DNA of 15,102 bases from Octopus sinensis. Lineage: Eukaryota. The position numbers were made by a program, and so were the translations under genes. The stretch spans positions 1-15,102 of the forward strand of contig NW_021825519.1 in NCBI RefSeq assembly GCF_006345805.1, read 5' to 3'. Numbering within the stretch: the stretch's first letter is position 1; every line of letters starts with the position of its first letter. Positions 1-8,407 of the stretch are shown piece by piece. Below the pieces are notes generated by a model. That model made no database searches and was not told the DNA's origin. It worked only from the letters and a program-made list of their open reading frames with translations.

Positions 1-290
1 GATCTCGAGAGCATAATTACCCATCAATTTCCGGCTAATGACCAAACCACGTCAGCCTCTGATAGGTAAGGCTTTAGTCTGGGCTCCTGTCTCTAACCGG
101 GTATTACTATGCAGTAGATTTTTTCTCCTCACTATTCCTTCTTGGTGTATTGGGGGCTGGTTTGCTTTGCAATATTTCTTTTACTTGTTTTGCTTCTTCA
201 ACTGGGGGCACATTTTCTCCGGGTACTAGTTCGTCTCGCTGCATTTCCTGAAGGACTATTATTTCGTTTTCCGTCATTGAGTACAACCTA
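1..290 (-). pseudogene. Decayed R4/Dong-clade non-LTR retrotransposon ORF, post-RT linker region (downstream part, after the SINE insertion)
   Basis: Manual minus-strand translation from 289: RLYSMTENEIIVLQEMQRDELVPGENVPPVEEAKQVKEILQ...STA**YPVRDRSPD*SLTYQRL...PEIDG*LCSRD. This parallels the KLYS...PLHGQYP...THQWL...ETEG..IAAQD segment recalled for R4/Dong ORFs. It contains in-frame stops. Confidence 0.6.
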
Positions 291-520
291 GCGAGCTGGC
301 AGAGGCGTTAGCACGCCGGGCGAAATGCTTAGCGGTATTTCGTCTGCCGCTACGTTCTGAGTTCAAATTCCACCGAGGTCAACTTTGCCTTTCATCCTTT
401 CGGGGTCGATTAAATAAGTACCAGTCACGCACTGGGGTCGATATAATCGACTTAATTCGTTTGTCTGTCCTTGTTTGTCCTCTCAGTGTTTAGCCCCTTG
501 TGGGTAGTAAAGAAATAGGT
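291..520 (+). mobile_element. tRNA-derived SINE family A, near full length
   Basis: Head GCGAGCTGGCAGAGGCGTTAGC, B-box-like GAGTTCAAATTCC (360-372) and central CTTTGCCTTTCATCCTTTCGGGGTCGATTAAATAAGTACC, which resembles the Deu/Nin SINE domain from memory. Homologous copies lie at 8408, 9302, 11975, 14597 and 14848. Confidence 0.9.
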
Positions 521-945
521 ATCTTTATGTTTCAGAACCAAATTTAACATCCAGTCATTTGCTTGTTGCAAGTAGGCAGAAAGTCCCATGGTTGCAATTT
601 TCAATGTGAATTCAGGTTACATTAACTCCCGACCGCCTTCATTTCAAAGGAGTTATAGTCGGCCTTTGTTTACTTTGCGGTGATGCGTACAATGCGTTGT
701 CATCAGCTTTCTGATTTTGACATTAACTTTGCTGATCTCAGATACGGACCAGTCAATAATATTGAAGCTGTTTGTGATTGCAGGCGTGACTATCGTTTTT
801 CTATTTCTTAGTCAATGTTTTGCATTTGTTAGCGTCTTTGAAGAAAGAAAATAGTTTTCCTTTTGTTCTGTTTTACGTGATCTGTAGCTATTTGCGTCGA
901 TTTTCCGTTATTCTTTACTAGATATTTATGTGTTTTGTACAGAGG
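521..945 (-). pseudogene. Decayed R4/Dong-clade non-LTR retrotransposon, RT C-terminal/thumb region
   Basis: One continuous minus frame from about 790 to 521 reads IVTPAITNSFNIIDWSVSEISKVNVKIRKLMTTHCTHHRKVNKGRL*LL*NEGGRELM*PEFTLKIATMGLSAYLQQANDWMLNLVLKHKD. It matches the recalled R4/Dong pattern PV.TYSF.II.W...DRKTRKL.T.H..HHPK.D..RLY.PR.EGGRGL. An upstream HKYL remnant lies near 920-930. Confidence 0.75.
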
Positions 946-1022
946 ACATTTTACAGCAAATTTTTAGATGCATCCTGTATTCGAAGCAAACATAATAATT
1001 CAATAACAGATTTTGGGTGGTA

Positions 1023-1316
1023 CATCTGTCCTCGTTTATCACCGATACATTCACCACTGATCAAGGACAACACGGTACGCTCAATTGTGAACTGTGCTAC
1101 GTTTATCACGAACGGATCTCTGATAACACGTGTCGTGATCAGCCAAAGATTCTGCTTCGACCACTAGAGCTCCACCACGCAGCGACCACCCGCAGTGCAC
1201 AGGACATCTTGATGTCTCAGAATGAAACCTATTCCCCCTTATGTTCTATTATCCGTTTATTACACGTTCGTGTATCACGTTTCTAACCAAGCATCCGTGA
1301 TAAACGAGGATAGATT
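1023..1316. mobile_element. Putative MITE / non-autonomous DNA transposon (~294 bp) with terminal inverted repeats
   Basis: ATCTGTCCTCGTTTATCACCGATAC (1024-1048) is the reverse complement of GCATCCGTGATAAACGAGGATAGAT (1291-1315) at 22/25 positions. TA lies at 1021-1022 and 1317-1318. There is no coding capacity. Confidence 0.5.
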
Positions 1317-1576
1317 TAAATTCTAACTGTTCTTTCTGTCAAATCATGTCATTTCATTTAGCAGCCAATCGAGAATATTGTAACTATAATTTAAAACTAG
1401 AACAACTGGAGTATTGATACCTATTATTTTATATTTTGTCTTTTAGTATTTATCTGTGTCATTAAGTATTAATTTAATGCACCAATAATTGACATTCCTT
1501 CCTAATCTTTTCTTTCGTCTGTACGCGCGTCGTACACTGTTTATTGATTCTTAAGTATTTGCATGCTTGTGTTTGT

Positions 1577-1665
1577 CTACTACTACTACTACTACTACAC
1601 TACTACATCCTCTTCCACTTCCTCTTCATCATCATCATTAGCATCATTGTCATCATCGTCATAAA

Positions 1666-1714
<49 letters not shown>

Positions 1715-2070
1715 ATCAATATCATAATCAACAATATCATGATCGTCATCATCATCGTCACCGTCATGGAAGTCGTCACTTATCTCTTCCTCCTTTCTTC
1801 TTCTTCTTCTTCTTCTTCTTCTCTTCTTTTTCTTCTTCTTCTTCTCTTCTTCTTCTTCGCCTCTTCTTCACCTCCTCCTCCCCCCCCCTCGTCCTCTTTC
1901 CTAGTCCCCCACCCTCCCCTCCCCACCCGCCTCCCACCCCCTCCTTATCACCTTCCCCCTCCCCACCCGCCTCCTCCTATCATCATCATCATCATCATCG
2001 TCGTCGTCGTCGTCGTTGTTGTTGTTATTATTATTATGTTTGTTATTATTATTATTATTATTATATTATA

Positions 2071-2101
<31 letters not shown>

Positions 2102-2280
2102 TATTATCATTACTATTATTATTATTCTCACTGCAGTAAACGGAAGGAACCTTACCATATCGAAAAAAATCTGAACGACGACGTCGCCGACACACCCCGT
2201 TCCCACCACCACCACTTTCACCACCACCACCACCACCACCACCACCACCACCACCACCACCAACAGCAGCAGCATTGTAT
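1577..2280. repeat. Compound trinucleotide microsatellite mosaic: (CTA)n, (ATC)n, (GAT)16, (TCT)n, C-rich block, (GTC)n, (GTT)n, (ATT)n, (CAC)n, (CAG)n
   Basis: Read directly, e.g. (GAT)16 at 1666-1713, (ATT)n at about 2027-2127 and (CAC)n at about 2203-2260. Confidence 0.95.
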
Positions 2281-2703
2281 GAATTAGTCCAACGTCACCT
2301 CCCACCCCTCCCTCCCGCTCTAACACTCAACCCGCCCCTACCCGCACCAACCCTGCAACACTTCCTGCGTGCATCAACCTTTCGGCTCCTAAATGAGGAT
2401 CAAATATCTATTAATAATCCGTTTGAAAGAGGGTAAGTTAACATTATTTTGTTTCTCTATTTACATATGGTGTCTATTTATTTGTTAGTCTATTTGCTTA
2501 TTAATGTCTTTGCTTTGTGTTTTTCTTAAATTTTTGTTTTGTTTTGTCTTGGCTTTTTGCTGTTAACAACCTTGAAATAGAATCAGGTTTAAAGTTCTGG
2601 TGTTAGGTATTTCACTGTGACTCCTGACTCAACTTATATTTACCTACGACTCAAATTTATTTTATTTCCACCTCTCTCTTTGTTTTTCGCAGAATAATCT
2701 ATT

Positions 2704-2781
2704 ACACACACACACGCACGCACACACACACACACACACCACACACACACACACACACACACCACACACACACACACACAC
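2704..2781. repeat. (CA)n microsatellite
   Basis: Read directly; followed by degenerate TATG/TGTA repeats to about 2950. Confidence 0.95.
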
Positions 2782-3081
2782 AAGTAGAGATACGTACACG
2801 TGTTCGTATACATTTTTACATGTATGCATGTATGCGTGTATAAACACATGTATGTATGTTTGATGTATTACGCTATCTTTCGATATTTATATGCATGTAT
2901 GTATGCATCTTTCAGTATGTGGGTACGTGTATCTGTGCGTGTATGTGTGTGTACGCCAATACAATATAATATAATATAATAAGTTACAACTACGGAAACA
3001 AACTAACACTGGTTATCAAGCGAGGGTGGGGATAGGATGAAACAAAAACAAATAATAGACACACACACATATATTCATACC

Positions 3082-3213
3082 TAGCTGCTACACACATTTT
3101 TTTCTCTCTTTGTTTTTTCTGTGTATCTTTCTGTAGAAGAGCGTAGGCTCGAAACGTAAAAGACTTTTTCTATTCCTGAGCGCTATACTATACATCTGTT
3201 TGTTTGTACACCA
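3082..3213 (+). mobile_element. Short non-coding element with hammerhead-like motif (family P, Penelope-like terminal-repeat type)
   Basis: Homologous over about 130 bp to 9843-9983 on the minus strand. Contains CTGTAGA-A-GAGC-GTAG-GCTC-GAAAC-GTA and abuts (TA)n. Confidence 0.65.
3126..3163 (+). ncRNA. Minimal type I hammerhead ribozyme-like motif, core variant CUGUAGA
   Basis: Stem I TCTTT(3126-30)/AAAGA(3159-63), core CTGTAGA (A6 replaced by U), stem II GAGC/GCTC, GAAAC and a GUA triplet. Confidence 0.5.
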
Positions 3214-3301
3214 ATATATGTATATATATACATATACATACTTATATATATATCTATATATATATATAAATAGATATATATATATATATATATATAATAT
3301 A

Positions 3302-3433
3302 GGCGCAGGAGTGGCTGTGTGGTAAGTAACTTGCTAACCGACCACATGGTTCCGGGTTCAGTCCCACTGCGTGGCATCTTGGGCAAGTGTCTTCTGCTAT
3401 AGCCCGGGCCGACCAACTGAAAGAAGCAAGTAG

Positions 3434-3481
<48 letters not shown>

Positions 3482-3609
3482 CGCAGGAGTGGCTGTGTGG
3501 TAAGTAGCTTGCTTACCAACCACATGGTTCCGGGTTCAGTCCCACACTGCGTGGCATCTTGGGCAAGTGTCTTCTGCTATAGCCCCGGGCCGACCAACTG
3601 AAAGAAGCA

Positions 3610-3652
<43 letters not shown>

Positions 3653-3777
3653 CGCAGGAGTGGCTGTGTGGTAAGTAGCTTGCTTACCAACCACATGGTT
3701 CCGGGTTCAGTCCCACTGCGTGGCATCTTGGGCAAGTGACTTCTGCTATAGCCCCGGGCCGACCAACTGAAAGAAGC
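3302..3777 (+). mobile_element. Three tandem copies of SINE family B head (3302-3427, 3480-3608, 3651-3777) separated by (TA)n
   Basis: Each copy has GGCGCAGGAGTGGCTGTGTGGTAAG (A-box-like) and GGTTCAGTCCC (B-box-like), and ends ...GACCAACTGAAAGAAGC. The copies are near-identical. Confidence 0.92.
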
Positions 3778-3823
3778 CTGTAGTATATATGTAATGTAAT
3801 GTTATATATATAGTATATATATA

Positions 3824-3857
<34 letters not shown>

Positions 3858-3859
3858 TA

Positions 3860-4066
3860 TGTGTGTGTGTGTTTGTGTGTCTGTTTTGTCCCCCTAGCAT
3901 TGCTTGACAACTGATGCTGGTGTGTTTACGTCCCCGTCACTTAGCGGTTCGGCAAAAGAGACCGATAGAATAAGTACTGGGCTACAAAGAATAAGTCCCG
4001 GGGTCGATTTGCTCGACTAAAGGCGGTGCTTCCAGCTTGGCCGCAGTCAAATGACTGAAACAAGTA
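3860..4066 (+). mobile_element. SINE family B tail (3' module) following the internal (TA)n/(TG)n
   Basis: TTGCTTGACAAC.GATGCTGGTGTGTTTACGTCCCCGTCACTTAGCGGTTCGGC...GGCCGCAGTCAAATGACTGAAACAAGTA. Homologous to 4408-4585, 5983-6190 (-) and 10286-10510. Confidence 0.88.
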
Positions 4067-4099
4067 TTTGACTGCGGCCATGCTGGAGCACCGCCTTTA
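4066..4099 (-). mobile_element. Inverted 34-bp fragment of SINE B tail
   Basis: Reverse complement of 4018-4052 apart from one indel and one mismatch. Confidence 0.85.
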
Positions 4100-4407
4100 T
4101 ATATATATAATCTACCTCCCCCTCTTATACTATCTTGTTCCTCCTCACTACTACGAAACTCTATAAAATGACCAAATTCCCCACAAAGGAATTGATTTGA
4201 TTTGAAAAAAACCCCACTGGAAGGGAGAAAGCGCTAATAATCTTGATGATATGATCTGAATGATATGATATATATATGTAAAAATGTAATATATAAATAA
4301 ATATCTATAAACATGAACCATCCGATCTTCTGATTACCTCATTTCTTCTATAATATATATATATATATTATATATATATATAGTATATGTTGTGTGTATG
4401 TATATGT

Positions 4408-4585
4408 TTGTCTGTCTGTGTTTCTCCCCGCCAACATCACTTGACAACCGATGCTAGTGGTTTACGTCCCCGTCACTTAGCGATTCGACTAGAGAGACCG
4501 ATAGAATAAGTACGGCGGTGCTCCAGCATGGCCGCAGTCAAATGGCTGAAACAAATAAAAGAATAATTGAAATGAATAAAAGAAT
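4408..4585 (+). mobile_element. SINE family B tail with internal deletion
   Basis: Matches 3870-4066 but jumps from GAATAAGTAC to GGCGGTGCTCCAGC; ends in AATAAAAGAAT repeats. Confidence 0.85.
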
Positions 4586-4617
4586 ATATATATATAATAT
4601 ATATATATATACGCACA

Positions 4618-4779
4618 CGGCGAGTTTCTTTCAGTTTCTGTCTACCAAATCTATTCTCAAGGCTTTGGTTGACTCGGGGTTATAGTAGAGGGCACTTGCT
4701 CGTGGTCCTGCGCAGTGGGACTGAACTTGACGTAATGTGGTTGGAAAACAAACGTCTAACCACACAGTCATGCCTGCAC
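4618..4779 (-). mobile_element. SINE family B head, diverged
   Basis: Reverse complement of the family B head (TTCTTTCAGTTTC.GTCTACCAAAT...CAGTGGGACTGAAC...CCACACAG). Confidence 0.82.
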
Positions 4780-4835
4780 TTATCACAATGGAATGATCAT
4801 AAGCTCTTTTATGAAAATGACATATAACACTAGCA

Positions 4836-5060
4836 TCCTGCTCATGAAATTAACGTGCAAGTGGCTAACTTTAACGTAGCTCTCAGGAAGATTCTGCGTA
4901 ACTCAGAATGTGACAAGGCTGGCTCTTTGAAACACAGGTACAACTCATTTTCGCAAGCTGAGTGTACAGGAGCAAGGTGAAATAAAGGGTCTTACTCAAG
5001 AGCCCGAGAGTCGAACTCACGATCTTACGATCAGGAGCCGACTACTCTAAGCACTAAGCA
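4836..5060 (-). mobile_element. tRNA-derived SINE family C
   Basis: Minus-strand head TGCTTAGTGCTTAG (A-box-like) and GTGAGTTCGACTC (B-box-like), followed by CTTGAGTAAGACCCTTTATTTCACCTTGCTCC...CTCAGCTTGCGAAAATGAGT. I recall this as a common octopus SINE; there is only one copy in the window. Confidence 0.7.
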
Positions 5061-5640
5061 GCCGTTCAAGAATTTGGACCTGGAGATCTCCATTTCCTGC
5101 GACTTCGAGGGCCACCTCCCAGTGGTGTCGGGCAGCAATGAAGAGCCCTCGACTACAACAAGACGACCAAAGTTTTTTTGTTTCCAAGGTCTGGGGTCTC
5201 CCGCCCCTAAACCCTAGACCATCACCTAATCACCCTTACCCGTCTTGTTGCTTAACAACAACAACAACAGCACTAAGCAACGTGCGTGAATGACAAATAG
5301 TATTAGGGTGTATAGAATTCGTAGGAGGCATACAAGTTTAAACAGGCAAATTCTAAGACAAACAAAAATTGGGCTTTCAAGCAATAATCGATTGTTAGAA
5401 ATGAAAATGAATTATTTGAATTGTGTTTCAATGGTATTTGCATCACTTGAAATCAAGCGTGTGAATGTAAGCGGTCTTCATTGATTGTGCCAGTAGAAAA
5501 GTTAAGTTGAGTATGACAGCCTGCAATCAATGAATTTCTAAGAACCACTGAATATGAGACGAAGAAGATGCTTCAAAAAGCGGCTGCATATATTATGGGT
5601 CTCTGTTTCTAATTATTTTAGCAATTTATACGTACCTATT

Positions 5641-5728
5641 TGTTTGTAAAATGACAGAAGAGCCATCGCAGTAGCTTCAGTGTTTGATTTCATGTCAAAC
5701 ATCGGAAGGTACCGTCATAGAAAATGGA
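5641..5728 (+). repeat. 88-bp unique-looking segment, copy 1 of a local direct duplication
   Basis: 84/88 identical to 6281-6368. Confidence 0.92.
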
Positions 5729-5786
5729 AACATCCTAAACATTATGAAGAAACTTTGGAAATACACGACAGTTAAGAAACACCGAT

Positions 5787-5802
5787 ATCTATCTATCAAT
5801 CC

Positions 5803-5882
<80 letters not shown>

Positions 5883-5980
5883 GTCTATCTGTCTGTCTGT
5901 CTGTCTCTGTCTGTCTGCTTCTCTCTCTCTTCCCCCCCTCTCTCTCTTTCCCCCTCTCTGTCCCCCTCTCTCTCTATATA
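5787..5980. repeat. Compound (ATCT)n-(GTCT)n-(CT)n microsatellite
   Basis: Read directly. Confidence 0.95.
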
Positions 5981-5982
5981 TA

Positions 5983-6210
5983 TTCTTTTATTCTTGTTTT
6001 ATTCTTGTTTCAATCATTTGACTGCGGCAATGTTGGAGCATCGTCTTTAGTTGAACAAATCGACCCCAATATTTATTCTTTGTAAGCCTAATACTCTTTA
6101 ACCGAACCGCTAAGTTACGGGTACATAAACAGATTAGCATCTGTTGCCAAACGATGGTAGGGGGACAAACACAGACAACGCAAATACACACACACACACA
6201 CACATACACT

Positions 6211-6278
<68 letters not shown>

Positions 6279-6551
6279 CATGTTTGTAAAATGACAGAGG
6301 AGCCATCTCAGTAGCTTCAGTGTTTGATTTCATGACAAACATCGGAGGGTACCGTCATAGAAAATGGATTTACGAAAATGGATATATATATACACGAAGG
6401 GCTTCTTTCAGTTTCCGTCAACCAGATTCCACTCACAAGGCATTGATCGGCCCGAGGCTATAGCAGAAAACACTTGCCCAAGGTCCCACGCAGTGGGACT
6501 GAACGCCGGACCAATGGTTGGGAAGCAAGCTTCTTACCACACAGTCACCCC
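5983..6551 (-). mobile_element. Full bipartite SINE family B (head 6393-6551, tail 5983-6190) whose internal microsatellite holds an 88-bp insertion
   Basis: Head and tail are both reverse-complement homologues of the + copies. (CA)n lies at 6186-6275 and the duplicated segment at 6281-6368. Confidence 0.85.
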
Positions 6552-6748
6552 AGGAAAATTTCTTGATCTCATCATAATATCTGGAAAAAGATTTTCTTGG
6601 ATTAAAATTTATTAATTATATAAGAAATCTTTTTGCACAAAAAGCAGTCTCACATTGGTTTTGTGTTAACATGCTTTTTCTTAACATTTTTTTAATATTA
6701 TTTTTAATTCAGAGAAAACCTTTTTTCATATCCCATATATATCTATAT

Positions 6749-6782
<34 letters not shown>

Positions 6783-6801
6783 CATATACTATATATATAT
6801 A

Positions 6802-7010
6802 TGGTTAATCCAAACATGAACAAAGAGAAAACACAACAACGCGAGGACGTGGAACAAGTATAGTGTTATTGGACGCTCGGGTAAGGAAAGAAAGAAGGAG
6901 GATTTAACGTTTCGAGCGGAGCTCTTCGTCAGAAACATAGAAGAAGGAAAGGTCCAAGGGAGGGAAGGCGCAGAAAGAAAATCGCCAACGATACACACGC
7001 AGTCACATAG
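6802..7010 (-). mobile_element. Short pyrimidine-rich non-coding element with hammerhead motif (family Q, related to family P)
   Basis: On the minus strand the motif is followed by CCGAGCG..AATAACACTATACTTGTT (compare family P CCTGAGCGCTATACTAATACATTTGTT), and the element ends at (TA)n 6735-6801. Confidence 0.55.
6902..6936 (-). ncRNA. Minimal type I hammerhead ribozyme motif with intact core
   Basis: Minus strand GTTT-CTGACGA-A-GAGC-TCC-GCTC-GAAAC-GTT-AAAT: complete CUGANGA and GAAA, 4-bp stem II, palindromic ACGU stem III and a short stem I. Confidence 0.65.
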
Positions 7011-7713
7011 GGAATGGGTGAAGAAAAAGTTTTGTTTATCTGTCCATTTATATTTATCTATCTAATCTATGTGTACACATGCAGATTCACACACTAACAC
7101 ACATACACACACCTGAGTGCGTACATATACTTATGTACATTGACACATAGACATATATGCACCCACAATATACATACGAGCGTGTGCAGCTGAGTGTATG
7201 TATGCACGCATATATAATAAAAATTAATTACAAATCTTGTCAAGTGTCCTTCACACCAGTTATGTAAATATTGAAACTCGTTTTACAGGCGGTGCTAAGG
7301 TCAACGATAAGACAATAGAAGTGTTAATTCCCTTGATAGTGGTTGTCATATTGGTCCTCCAGTCGTTGTTGCTGCTGCTGCTGTGGTGGTTGCTTTTTTG
7401 TTGATGGCTGAGTAACGTTGTGTTTCGCCTAATAAACACAGTGCTACTTCCAAGATATTAGAACGTCTGGCTAACTGCATTCTGAGTTATTTTAACTAAG
7501 GAGAAAAGCTGAAGGTAAGAAAGTCAAACAATACTGTCTTACGAGAACGAAAACAAACAAATGTATTGATTTGATATTTAGCTATAGCAAGCGTTAATAA
7601 GACACCGAGAAAATAGCTCTGTTAAGATATTTGCCCGTCTGACTGGCGCAAGTTCGGACTGTCAAGCAAATGTCAATAAAGTAAACACAGACAGTAATTA
7701 CATATTTTGCTCC

Positions 7714-8405
<692 letters not shown>

Positions 8406-8407
8406 AA

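Noticed and set aside
291-372. tRNA genes at the SINE heads
   Set aside because: Only A/B-box-like remnants are present; no complete cloverleaf could be built.
928-1286. Two overlapping 79-89 aa ORFs
   Set aside because: They fall in the putative MITE, show no known motif, and their length is compatible with chance in a GC-richer patch.
1544-2287. 247-aa ORF, and similar poly-residue ORFs at 2066, 8253, 8932, 9024, 12008, 12054, 13044, 13196 and 13210
   Set aside because: These are translations of microsatellites (poly-M/I/S/Y/H, IYLS repeats) with no domain or codon structure.
3183-3523. ORFs overlapping SINE heads (also 6364, 8404 and 10035)
   Set aside because: They are incidental frames through non-coding SINE sequence plus (TA)n.
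5204-5241. Telomere-like CCCTAA/ACCCTAG words
   Set aside because: There is only one exact CCCTAA and no tandem periodicity.
5290-5620. 64-aa ORF and neighbouring short frames in unique-looking sequence
   Set aside because: No recognisable motif, frequent stops in all frames and no convincing splice-site pair.
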